A model generated the notes under the pieces. That model was not told the origin of the DNA. It made no database searches and saw only the letters and a program-made list of their open reading frames with translations. A stretch of DNA of 64,000 nt from Mustelus asterias. Its lineage: Eukaryota. This document shows, piece by piece, positions 49,760 to 62,067 of this stretch; the first letter of the stretch is position 1, and each line of letters starts with the position of its first letter. The stretch is taken from NCBI RefSeq assembly GCF_964213995.1, contig NC_135807.1, forward strand, positions 54,932,001 through 54,996,000, given 5' to 3'. Made by a program: the position numbers and the translations under genes.

Positions 49760-50642
49760 GGTCAAGAAGCATAGAAGGCTGCACCAACAGTGCAAACTAG
49801 GAGGAATTTCCCCTCCACTCTGAAACTCTTCACTGCCATTGACCTTCCTCAGTTTTTAATTTCATGTTGAGGTGCCCTCTCACTCCCCGACCTGCCTCAA
49901 TAGCATCCATCTCTCCCAGTGGGCTGGCTGAGGTTCCAGAGCTGCTCGTCCTCTGATTGGACCAGCAGCATTCAAAGCCTAACCCAGCAAATGCAAAGGT
50001 GACTAATTAGGATGCCACCTTCAGGAAGATTGCACTGGCAGACGAGCTTCTAGTAACTACTGCTCAGGAGTCCCATTTAATCCCAATGTCAGGGTTTAGA
50101 AGCCAATGAAGAAACAGAGATTATCAAATTCTTTTAGAGATGATTTCATATAATAATTCACCATAATCTATGAAATATGCACAGATGACATGTCATCGCC
50201 AGTCCTGCCCTCAGATAAATGTTCCACATTACCTTTGGCTCATAACTGGAGATAATTATTATATGTCATGACCAAATATAATAAGCTTAATGCAAATGTT
50301 AGAACAAATTATGATCATGAAATTAAACTCCATAGCACTATGAAAACCCCAGTGAAAGAAAATGGCACAATATGCTGCCAGCCATTTCCGATGTGACCAC
50401 CTATGGTGCCCTATGCTGGAAAAAGGGACAGTACAGGAATGCCATGCTTGTGAAGGAAGAGTCAGAGGGGTCTAATGGTGACATCTGACGGTGACAGTTG
50501 AGTAGATGCAAATCTTTCATAAGTTTGGCCATGCAGGTTCAGTGTAAGCATGTACGAATCACATTAAACTGATTTGATTTGATTTGATTTATTATTGTCA
50601 CATGCAATGAAAAGTATTGTTTCTTGTGCACTAAAGAGACAA

Positions 50643-50747
50643 GATGTGGAGACGCCAACGTTGGACCTGATGAATGAACAGTGCTCCAAAATCTCATGAT
50701 TCCAAATAAACCTGTTGGACTTTAACCTGGTGTTGTGAGACTTCTTG
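50643..50747 (+). mobile_element. Tiny older PLE terminal remnant with a short inverted 5' piece
   Basis: Reversed tail gatgtggagacgcc, then ctgatga..aataaacctgttggactttaacctggtgttgt; degenerate ~12-bp TSD. Confidence 0.75.
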
Positions 50748-50936
50748 CTACACAAACAAAGCATGCCATACATAGAGAAGGAAAGGAGAGAGTGCAGAAT
50801 GTAATGTTACAGTCATAGCTAGGGTGTAGAGAAAGATCAACTTAATGCGAGGTCGGTCCATTCAAAAGTCTGATGACAACAGGGAAGAAGCTGTTTTGAG
50901 TAGGTTGGTACGTGTCCGCAGACTTTTGTATCTTTT

Positions 50937-52480
50937 GGGCCGGATGGGATTTATCCTAGGATTCCCTGGGAGGCTAGAGAGGAGATTGCAGAGCCTTTGG
51001 CTTTGATCTTTGTGTCGTCATTGTCTACAGGAACAGTGCCAGAAGACTGGAGGATAGCAAATGTTGTCCCCTTGTTCAAGAAGGGGAGTAGGGACAACCC
51101 TGGTAATTATAGACCGGTGAGCCTTACTTCTGTTGTGGGCAAAGTATTGGAAAGGATTATAAGAGATAGGATTTATAATCACCTAGAAAGGAATAATTTG
51201 ATTAGGGATAGTCAGCACGGTTTTGTGAAGGGTAGGTCGTGCCTCACAAACCTTATTGAGTTCTTTGAGAAGGTGACCAAAGAGGTGGATGAGGGTAAAG
51301 CGGTTGATGTGGTGTATATGGATTTCAGCAAAGCGTTTGATAAGGTTCCCCATGGTAAGCTTTTGCAGAAAATACGGACACATGGGATTGAGGGTGATTT
51401 AGTGGTTTGGATCAGGAATTGGCTAGCTGTAAGAAAACAAAGGGTGGTGGTTGATGGGAAATATTCATCCTGGAGTTCAGTTACTAGTGGTGTACCGCAA
51501 GGATCTGTTTTGGGGCCACTGCTGTTTGTCATTTTTATTAATGACCTGGATGAGGGCGTGGAAGGATGGATTAGTAAATTTGCGGATGACACTAAAGTCG
51601 GTGGAGTTGTAGACAGTGCGGAGGGAAATGGCAAGTTACAGAGGGACATAGATAAGCTGCAGAGCTGGGCTGAGAGGTGGCAAATGGAGTTTAATGCGGA
51701 AAAGTGTGAGGTGATTCACTTTGGAAGGAGTAACAGGAATACAGAGTACTGGGCTAATGGTAAGATACTTGGTAGTGTGGATGAACAGAGGGATTTGGGT
51801 GTCCATGTGCATAGATCCCTGAAAGTTGGCACCCAGGTTGATAGGGTTGTTAAGAAGGCGTATGGTGTGTTAGCTTTTATTGGTAGAGGAATTGAGTTTC
51901 GGAGCCAGGAGGTCATGCTGCAACTGTACAAAACTCTGGTGCGGTCGCATTTGGAGTATTGCGTACAGTTCTGGTCGCCGTATTATAGGAAAGATGTGGA
52001 TGTGTTGGAAAGGGTGCAGAGGAGATTTACCAGAATGTTGCCTGGTTTGGTGGGAAAATCGTATGAGGAAAGGCTGAGGGGCTTGAGGTTGATTTCGTTA
52101 GAGAGAAGAAGGTTAAGAGGTGACTTAATAGAGGCATACAAGATGATCAGAGGATTAGATAGGGTGGATAGTGAGAGCCTTTTTCTTCAGATGGTGTTGG
52201 CTAGCACGAGGGGACATAGCTTTAAATTGAGGGGTGAGAGATATAGGACAGATGTTAGAGGTAAATTCTTCACTCAGAGAGTAGTAAGGGCGTGGAATGC
52301 CCTGCCTGCAGCAGTAGTGGACTCGTCAACATTAAGAGCATTCAAATGGTTATTGGATAGACATATGGATGATATTGGAATAGTGTAGATTAGAGGGGCT
52401 TTAGATTGGTACCACTGGTCGGCGCAACATCGAGGGCCGAAGGGCCTGTACTGCGCTGTAATGTTCTATGTTCTATGTTC
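50937..52480 (+). mobile_element. Young 5'-truncated CR1 with an uninterrupted 463-aa RT frame
   Basis: ORF 50997..52388 [41 protein letters not shown]; (atgttct)n tail. Confidence 0.95.
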
Positions 52481-53894
52481 TCCCTGATGGATGAAGGTGG
52501 AAGAGAGTATGTCTGGGGTGCATGGTGTCTTTGATTGTGCTGGCTGCTTTTCCAAGGCAGCAGGAAGTGTAGACAGTGTCAATGGATGGGAGGCTGATTT
52601 GCATGATGGACTGGGCTTCATTCATCACCCTTTGTAGTTTCTTGCGATTTTGGACAGAGCAGGAGCCATACCAAGCCATGATACAACCAGAAAGGATGCT
52701 TTCTATGGTGCATCTGTAGAAGTTGGTGAGAGTTGTAGCGGACATGCCAAATTTCCTTAATTTCCTAAGAAAGTAGAGGAATTGGTGGGCTTTCTCAACT
52801 GTAGCATCCACATGAAGGGACCAGGACAGGTTGTTGGTGATCTGGATACCTAAAAGTTTGAAGCTCTCGACCATTTCTGCTTCGTCCCCATTGATGTAGA
52901 CAGGGGCATGTCTGCCACTACGCTTCCTGGAGTCGATGACTATCTCCTTTGTTTTGTTGACATTGAGGGAGAGATTATTGTCGTCGCACCAGTTCACCAG
53001 ATTCTCTACCTCATTCCTGTACTGTGTCTCAGATTGTTTGAGATCTAACTCATAACGGTGGTGTCGTCAGCAAACTTGAAAATTGAGTTGGAGGGGAATT
53101 TGGTTACACAGTCAAAGGTGAATAAGGAGTATAGTAAGGGGCTGAGGACACAGCCTTACAGGCACCGGTGTTGAGGATGATCATGGAGGAGGTGTTGTTG
53201 CCTATCCTTACTGATTGTGCTCTATGAGTTAGGAAGTCTAGGATCCAATTGTAGTGGAAGGAGCCGAGCCCCAGGCCACGGAGTTTGGAGATGAGTTTCG
53301 TAGGAATAATGATGTTAAAGGCTGAACTGTAGTCTGTGGTTAGGAGTGTGACATTGGTGCCTTTGTTATCTAGGTGTTCCAGGGTTGAGTGCAGGGCCAG
53401 GGAGATGGCGTCTGCTGTGGACTTGTTGCAGTGGTAGGCAAACTGCTCAATGAACTCCAACCCATCCTCAGCACCAACACTATTTAAACCCACATAACTT
53501 GTGGGTGACATGTTGTTAACATACTTCTGCTGAGGCAAAGTTTATTAAAGTGCTGAGATTGCTTTAGGAGGAGTTGTGACAATAGTTGCTGTATCTAATC
53601 AGGGTGGATAGAGGATTCGGACACCTGTCAACGCCATGTTGCCCAGAGGTATGGGAGCTGGCATTACTGTGTCTCTGTGCCCACAACATAACAGAGGAAT
53701 AGAACAGAGGCTGCAGAGAAGGGAAGTTCTATACAGAGGGAGAAGAAGCACGGGTTCTACCCTGCACATGTTTCCAGAAAGCACTTCTCATATTTCTATC
53801 TCATGTCAACAGGGAGGTGCATAGAAACCTCAAGGGCTATCATTTGATGTTCAGTCAGTGCATACAGAACCATGCACGGTATATCACACTGGTG

Positions 53895-54089
53895 CAAAAA
53901 GAGAAAACGCTGGAAAATTTCAGCAGGTCTGGCAGCATCTGTGGAGAGAAAGTAGAGCCAATGTTTCGAGTCTAGATGACCAAAACATTGGCTCTGTTCT
54001 CTCTCCACAGATGCTGCTAGTCCTTCTGAGATTTTCCAGCATTTTCTGTTTTTGTTTCAGATTGCAGTATCTGCAGTATTTTGCTTTTA
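53895..54089. mobile_element. Hairpin-type PLE terminal remnant of the second family
   Basis: ~70-bp inverted arms matching 40830-40900; 14-bp TSD with 2 mismatches (atatcacactggtg 53881-53894, acatcatactggtg 54090-54103). Confidence 0.85.
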
Positions 54090-55744
54090 ACATCATACTG
54101 GTGAATGCTTGCTATCCGGGCAGCAACCAAGATGTCTTCATCTGGAGGCAGTCCTCCATTCCTGCCATCTTTGGGCCTCCAAGAAGAACCAGAGGTGACG
54201 GCTCAGAGACAAGGTATAAATCTGGCAGATCACCCCCACCATCTGACCACTTGAGGACAAGGGATGTAACATGAAAGCCATGCAGCCATTAAAAACCTTT
54301 TGGAACAGACTATTGACATGCTAAAGCAACACTTGTGCTCTCTGGGCCACATGTGGGAGCCCTCCAGTACACAATGGAGCATATCTCTAAATCTTCACAT
54401 GACGTAATTTAGTGAAAGGGAATCCAAGAGGGATAGTGCCATGGTAAATGCAGAATAACTATTCCTTATTTAGACAAAAAAGGCAAGATGTAGCTGATTT
54501 GATAGCGCATTCAAAGTAAGCAGATAAGAAGATTAATCATATCAGACCGACTGCAATGGTTTGCACACTTCTTTGCTGGAACATAGTAGGATGTATTTGC
54601 ATAAACTTTCCACATTCATATAAATAATCATCAAGTACATTCATAGTTTCCTATAATCCTTTTACTTGCAGTTTTGCAACTACAGAATTGAATATGAACA
54701 AAGCCACAACGTGAAAATGGATTTGGTAAATGTTAGAAAAATAAATTTGTTTTCAAGATTCATTCAGAAAAAAATTAAAGGATTTAAATGGGTGTGGGGG
54801 AATAGCTGAAATATTCAGTGGCTGTATTCATGTAAATAAGCCCTGTTTGTGACTATGATCCTATCAATAATTTGCCACCGGTTTATCCCCCTGCATCACC
54901 ACAGCAAAAAGAAATAAAGTTTGATTTTAACTTATTACTTTTATTTATATCATTTTTATCTAGTCTATTGCAGAGTCAAAAATTTGGTTTTGGCAGAAAG
55001 GTTTTTACTGTTCTGCAGAAGAATTTAGTCATCTTAAAAATGTCACAGGTTGTTTTTTAAAATAGCAGATAAATGTCGAGGTAATTGAATACTGGATCCA
55101 GTTCGAATTTTAATTTTCTTAATTCTTCTTCTTGCTCTAAATGTGAACAAGACTATAAATAAAGCCGTATTAATGTCGTCATACAGCCCTTTCCACTAAC
55201 CGCAGGCAACAGAGACACACTTCCTGCTTCAATTCCTTCTCAATCTGCCAATTTTAAAATATGTTTACATTTTCAGTGCCAGTGAGTCATGCAGCCAGAA
55301 ATTTAGACTAGCGCTTTGACAGATTAAAATATACTATTTTGAGATTATTAACTGCAGCAATTCGAGTGGTTTGATGTAAAAGGGAATTGGTCCCTGCCTT
55401 TTTTGTGAAGAAATGTATGCAAATTAAAGACTATTGAATAACAAAAAGACAGCCTTTGGCAGATACATGTGGGATTCTAGAACAGTCGACATCCATCTAG
55501 GTAATAAACTTTGCATTTTCTACAAAACTTGCATATGTTTGTTTTCATCCCCCAACCGAGAATGTAGATTTGAATCTCTTGCAAAAGTCACTTTTTCCTC
55601 TTTTTAAGAACTCAGAAAAATTGAACATCGGAGAGTTAAGCAACAGAACTGTAATTCTTTATTCATGGCTTCGTGGCACTTAACTGACGGAAACCCTTTG
55701 AGAATATGGCTATTTTTAAATTTGTCAAGAACAAGTGACTTAGA

Positions 55745-56045
55745 TGATGGCACAGTGGTTAGCACTGCTGCCTCACAGCGCCAGGAATCCAAGTTCGACT
55801 CCTGACTTGCGTCACTGTCTGTGCAGAGCGTGCACGTTCTCCCCATGTCTGCGTGGGTTTCCTCTGGGTGCTCCAGTTTCTTCCCACAGTCTGAAAGACC
55901 TGCTGGTTAGGTGCATTGGTCATGCTAAATCCTCCCTCAGTGTACCCGAACAAGTACCAGAGGGTGTTGACCAGGGGATTTTCACAGTAACTTCATTGCA
56001 TTGTTAATGTAAGCCTACCTGTGACTAATAAATAAACTTAATTTA
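55745..56045 (+). mobile_element. HE1-head SINE with an alternative tail
   Basis: Same structure as 30206-30510; ends tgtgactaataaataaactta. Confidence 0.85.
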
Positions 56046-56369
56046 AAAATCACATTGTTTATAAAGAATTCTGCCTAATCCTAGTGATAAAATATTACAA
56101 ACTTTAAAGATAGCATATTGAGGATTTAACCATGGATAGGATTTTCCTTCTGGGGATAGAATTCTCCCCAGGACAGGAAACGGAGGTCGGGATTATTTCC
56201 ATGTGCCAAGCCCATCCCAGGGGAAACAGCCACTCGGTGTGATTTTCACAGGGGACATCTCCTTAACTGGCCTCAAGACAGGCTCACCATGCACCATTTA
56301 ATTTCTCCTGCCTTCCATCCTGCTCAACCTTTCCCATCAGATAAACCACTCATCCCAGGAATCATCCGA

Positions 56370-56710
56370 GTAAACTTTCTCTTCTAATGAAAGTATGTAC
56401 CTCCTTAAGTAAGGTGATCAAAATTGTACACAGAATGCCAATTGCAGTTTCACCAATGCCCTGTACAGTTGTAGCAAGACTTCCTTACTTTCATACTATG
56501 CTCCCTTTGTAGTAAAGGCAGACATTGCATTTGCCTTCCAAATTACTTGCTGTACCTGCGGTGCTGACTTTTTGAGATTCGTGTACAAGGACACCCAAGT
56601 TCCTCTGTACAGCAATGTTCTGTAGTCTCTTTTTAAATAATATTCAGCTTGCCTATTCTTCCTATCAAAGTGGACAACTTCACACTCTCCCACATTTTAT
56701 TCCATGCACC
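56370..56710 (-). mobile_element. CR1 RT fragment
   Basis: ORF 56496..56693 ECEVVHFDRKN..QVQQVIWKAN. Confidence 0.75.
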
Positions 56711-56945
56711 TCCTTTTTCTGTTTCAGTGACTGAATTGCGCACATGCTATGGTCTCACCGTTCTACTGTCTGCTCTTTCCTACTCCCCCTGAGCTTCCCA
56801 CTTGCAAGTACAAATTGGGAAGAGAATGGAAGAGGGATAAATCGGTAGTATGACAGACAAAAAAAAGAGAGAGAAAACAAGAAAGGAACAGCAAAGAAAG
56901 TAACAAACGGAAGTGAAAGAAAGAACAGAATCTCACATCTACATT

Positions 56946-57452
56946 GCATGGGTTTCCTCCGGGTGCTCTGGTTTCCTCCCACAGTCCAAAGATGTAAAGG
57001 TTAGGTGGATTGGCCATGCCACATTGCCCCTTAGTGTCCAAAGATGTGTCAGTTAGGTGGATTAACCGTGATAACTGTGAGGGAATACAGGGATATGATG
57101 GGGGAGAGGGCCTGGTAAGATGCTAAAAAAAATTGGGCTGCACGTTGGCACAGTGGTTAGCACTGCTGCCTCATAGCGGCAAGGACCTGGGTTCAATTCC
57201 GGCCTCAGGTTACTGTCTGTGTGGATTTGCTCGTTCTCCCCATGTCTGCATGGGTTTCCTCCGAGTGCTCCGGTTTCCTCCCACACTGCAAAGATTTTAA
57301 GTTAATTGGCCATGGTAAATTGACCCTTAGTGTCAGGGAGATGAGCAGAGTAAGTATATGGGGTTATGGGGATGGAGTCTGGGTGGGATTGTTGTCGGTG
57401 CAGTGTCAATAGGCTGAATGGCCTCTTTCTGCACTTTAGGGATTCTATGATT
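56946..57452 (+). mobile_element. Two HE1-type SINEs: a fragment at 56946-57125 and a full copy at 57135-57452
   Basis: Central domain occurs twice; head and tail are present in the second copy. Confidence 0.85.
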
Positions 57453-58220
57453 GCACTTCTCATGTCCTCAGAACATCCCAAAACATTTTAATGAATACAA
57501 CTTTTTTTTTTCAAAGCTAAGGATTTCCAGAAGGCTTTGGTTTTGGCTGATGAAATATTGATAAATGTGATGTTTGTACATTAGATTAAATAAACTGTGA
57601 TGTCAGAATAAAGCGATGGAACACAATCAACACAAGGTGACTCAGGAAAAGACCAGTTGCTATTAATATTTAGACAGTGTAGTCCGGTAATTTAAAAAAA
57701 TGTGGTGGAGATTTGAAATGTAAGCCTTGAGCAGCATTGCACACTGATAAAAGGAAATGAACAAAAATAGAAGCACACAGATAAACTGCAGAACCTGAAC
57801 AATCAAATCACACTACCTTTTCAAAGTTACCACTGATGAATTAGTTTGGTTAATTTTAACTTGGGACAATTAAGATGAAAGCAGACAATGAACTAAATTT
57901 CCATAATTGATACAAGATTCAGGTTATTCTAATTGGTTGAATGGCAGGTGACAGAAGGTAGGGATAATGGATAGGGATTCAAATTGGATGTGACTACTGA
58001 TGACCCACAAGCATCTGTGTTAGGGTCTCAATTGTTCACGTTACTTATTAACGACTTGAATCATGGCACAGAAAGTCATATATCTAAATTTGCTGATGAA
58101 ACAAAATTAGGTGACATTGTAAACAGTGTAGATGGTAGCATAAAATTACAAAGGGATATTGATAGACCAGGTGAATGGGCAGATAGATTTCAATCTAAGA
58201 CAGTGTGAGGTTATTCATTT

Positions 58221-58552
58221 TAGAACATAGAACATTACAGCGCAGTACAGGCCCTTCGGCCCTCGATGTTACGCCGACCAGTGGAACCAATCTAAAGTCC
58301 CTTTAACCTACACTATTCCAATATCATCCATATGTTTACCCAGTAACCATTTGAATGCTCTTAATGTTGACTAGTCCACCACTGCTGCAGGTAGGGCATT
58401 CCACGCCCTTACTACTCTCTGAGTAAAGAACCTACCTCTAACATCTGTCCTATATCTCTCACCCCTCAATTTAAAGCTATGTCCCCTCATGCTAGCCATC
58501 ACCATCCGAGGGAAAAGGCTCTCACTATCCACCCTATCTAATCCTCTGATCA
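58221..58552 (-). mobile_element. Young CR1 3' fragment, same subfamily as 50937-52480
   Basis: ORF 58371..58556 is nearly identical to the end of ORF 50997..52388; TSD tcattt. Confidence 0.9.
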
Positions 58553-58961
58553 TCATTTGACCAGAAAAGGATAGATCAGGGTACTTTCTCGATGGTATGA
58601 AGTTAAATACAGTAGATGTTCAAAGAAACTTGGGGGTTCAGGTGCATAGATCTTTAAAATTCCACAAACTGGTGCAGCTAATTATCAAGAAGGTTAATGG
58701 AATTAACAGCGGGGTCCCGCTGGCACTCTGCATTCGGGATCAGTGGGGGAGGGAGGCCAGTGAACGGGGCTGCAGTAGGGCAGGGGGGGAAGGTTAATGG
58801 AATTATATCTAGAGGACTGAAGTATAAGGACACAGAATTTATGCTGCAGCTATGCAAAACCCTGGTTAGACGCCACTTGGAGTATTGTCAGCAGATCTGA
58901 GCTGAAGACCTTAGGAAGGATAATTGGCCTTGGAGGGAGTGTAATGTAGGTTTACAAGAAT

Positions 58962-60020
58962 GATGGATGATTCTCCCATCCCGCTATGCGAAAACAATTG
59001 CAGCGGGTCGGGATATTCAAGCAGCACCCAATGCACAGGATCCACACTGGGCATCGCGCCCCGATAGCATCTCCCAGCGCTGGATTTTTGGCGGCATCAG
59101 CTCCGCGCCGGAAATAGGTGCGGAGCTTCATTACCTATGCAGGACGTCATTTCCCAACAATTTAAATGTCATTAGCGGTACCAGGCCTGATATCTCCAGG
59201 CCCGCTAGCGTTTCCCTCCCCACCCTCCCGCCAGGAGTATTTCACTCCAGCAGGGTTTACAGAAGCTCCCCACTTTCGGGGAGCGGGTAGCTCGACCCCA
59301 CTGGAGTGATGGGGGTCAATTGGGGCCTCCCAGAGGGCTGGGTGGCTGGGGGGATATCCCTTGGGCATTGGCACCTTGGCAGTGCCAGCCTGGACCCCCT
59401 GGCACTGCCCACAGGGCAAAGTGCCAATGCCTCATGGGCATCTTGGCACCGCCTACCGGGCATAGAGTAGTGCCAAGGGGGCAAGGCCTGATGGGGGTGG
59501 GGCCTCCAGGGGCAATCTGTGAAGGTGGGGGGAGGGGTCCCGCTGGCACTCTGCATTTGGGATCAGTGGGGGAGGGAGGCCAGCGATCGGGGCTGCGGTG
59601 GGGGGGGATCGAGGCAAGCTGGGGGCGGCGGGCTGGCGAGGCTGGCCCGGACACATCCAAGGGGTCAGCTATCAGGCCTTGGGTGGGGTCGCATGGCTGA
59701 TGATGTGGGGGCTGCGGGGCTGGCCAGCGATCGAGCTAACCAGCAATCGGAAAGCTGGCAGTGCAGGGCCACTGCGCATGCACCGTTCTCGGCACTGACA
59801 GATCGGCGCATGCGCAGTGGCCCATTCAGTGATATGCTGCCGGCCTCCTGGGCGGAGATAGGCCCCGCCCACTGAATTTCAGCGTGATTCACGCTGAGGC
59901 ACTCTGCAGTGCACAGAGTGTGGGAGATTCTTTTTTAAACTCCCGCTGAAGAAAACAGTGTGATTTACTTCAGTTTTCACACAACTTCAACACTTGAGTT
60001 TTTTTGGGAGAATCCTGGCC
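58962..60020. mobile_element. 1.06-kb GC-rich MITE, inverted relative to 27252-28549
   Basis: TIR tgattctcc / ggagaatcc; interrupts CR1 at agaatg|atacctgg; flanked by aat. Confidence 0.8.
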
Positions 60021-62022
60021 AATACCTGGACTTCAGGGGTTTAATTATGAGGAGAAATTTTAGAAATTAGACCCGTTTTCTCTAGACTTTAGAAGGTTAA
60101 GGGGTGATCTGATCGAAGTCTTCAAGATATCAACAGGTAATGACAGGTTAGATAAAGATAAACTATTTCCACTGGTTGGAGATTCTAGAACTAGGGGGCA
60201 TTGTCTAAAAACTAGAGACAAACCATTCAGGAAAGATGTTAGGAAGCATTTCTCCACACAAAGAAGGGTAGACGTTTTGAACTCTCTCACAAATGGCAGT
60301 TAATGCTAGATTAATTGCTATCTTTAAATCTGAGATAAACCTTTGTTTAGCAAAGGTATTAAGGGATATGGGCCAAAGGCAGTTATATGGAGTTAGGCCA
60401 CAGGTCCGCCATGATCTCATTGAATGACGGAGCAGGCTCGATATGCTGTATGGCCTGTGCCTGTTCTTATGTTCCTATGACAGGAATGGGACTCATGGCC
60501 TCCCCTGTAATTCTGTGGGCCGACCGCTCCAGATAGCTACATAAAATCCAGCTCAACATCTCTCTGCTCTGATTCATTTTATCTGCACTTGAGAACTTGA
60601 CATTACTCAGATCCAGCAAGGAGGAAAATTCTCAGATGGTTTTGTCAGCAGTTTATACAACTTACATCTTGAAAGAGAAGTTCTGAGGTGAAGGCATTCT
60701 TTCTCTGTATCTTTAAGGAGGACTAATGTTTCACACTGATGCAAGAGATGGATTATATGAGGTGATTGGATGCTATCCTCAGATGTTGCTGCCAGAGTCT
60801 TGATTATAGGGAATGACTACCTGAAAGTTTACTGGATATCTGAGACTCAGCTAGGAGCAAAGAAAACGCACTGGGCAGTGCATCAATAGGAACAGCTGCA
60901 GCATGTATATAGTTCCATTATAGGTACTCAATTGTTTAAAAAAATAACCTTTCAAAATATATCTTTTCCACTTCAGTACCTGCTTCCTAGATTCAGGACA
61001 GCAGGAACATGAAAACTGTCACTTGTGGCACCCACCAAGATTGTTGAAGGAACTTCTCCTGAAAACACTTGTGTTAAGATCGAAGGAAGACTGAACTCTG
61101 GATTTAAATCACTGTTCAAGTAGAGAGTAGTAGTGGACATGGACCAAATAGTCCCTGAGGTCAGTTAGCACCCTAGCAATAGGCAGTTTCTCTGCAAGCT
61201 ACTTGACCTCTTTTTAACCTCAGCAATCTCTGCATGTTGTTTAAGACTGAGAATCAGGAAAAGACTTGCTGAAAGCTTGCAGTGATTGTTTAGTTGAGAT
61301 TTGTTGGTATCTAATACAAAAACAGAACTCCACTGTGCTGCATGAGCTGAAGGCTGACTTGCCTTTGTAGCTTTGCCAATGTAGCTATTGTCTATGATGA
61401 ACAGTACATAGAGTCAGAGAAGAGTACAGCAACAAATGAGGCCATTCAGCTCATCAGGTTTTCATCAGCTCTTTCGAAGGACAGTTCAGTTGGTCCCACT
61501 TCTGTGCTCTTTGCTCAAGTCCTTGCAATTTTCTCTCCTTCCAGGTTTTGTCTGATTCCCTTTGAAGGCTGCTGTTGAAACTGTATTCAGTACCCTAACA
61601 GGAGAGAGCAGCAAGGAACGGGGTGGGTGATGGGGAATGATAGTGGGGGCAGGCACACCTCCATTCAGTAAGTCTGATGGAGGAAATGGGATGCATGGGT
61701 GAGGCTGTGTTGGAGCCCTTCACATCCAGCATTACCGAGAATATTTGTCATTCCTTATGCTCCTTCTGAACTGCTTCCTCACCCTTCTCCTGTTAACTGG
61801 CATGAGGTGAAAGCTACAGAGTTTGACATGGATCTTCTGATTTATACCCACCCCCCAACCCCTCTTCTGCACCGCACCCCTTCACCAACCCCTTCACCCC
61901 AAGCTTCTACTTCACCTTTTATGCTTTCAGATCTTCAATAAGTGTTGCCTGGCCAGCCATAACACATTAAGAAGTTTAACAACACCAGGTTAAAGTCCAA
62001 CAGGTTCATTTGGTAGCAAAAG

Positions 62023-62067
62023 CCACACAAGCTTTCGGAGCCTTCAGCCCCTTCTTCAGGTGAGTGG
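62023..62067 (-). ncRNA. Minimal hammerhead ribozyme motif in the inverted PLE arm
   Basis: Reverse complement gives CTGAAGA-a-ggggc-tgaag-gctcc-GAAA-gc-TT-gtgtgg. Confidence 0.7.

Larger units (their letters stand above)
50572..53448 (-). mobile_element. Rex1/Babar LINE (RT to 3' tail) with nested PLE and CR1
   Basis: ORF 53104..53538 QFAY..STADAI..DYSSAFN; KFADD near 53070; ORF 52473..52997 LSLNVNKTKE..LYFLRKL..IESIL; (tcaaa)n tail. Confidence 0.92.
57915..60478 (+). mobile_element. Older CR1 3' half with three nested insertions
   Basis: ORF 57984..58208 PQASVLG..SKFADETK; LVRRHLEYC; tail gttcttatgttcctatg. Confidence 0.85.

Noticed and set aside
58967-59892. Many overlapping ORFs
   Set aside because: GC-rich MITE interior with few stop codons; no domain.
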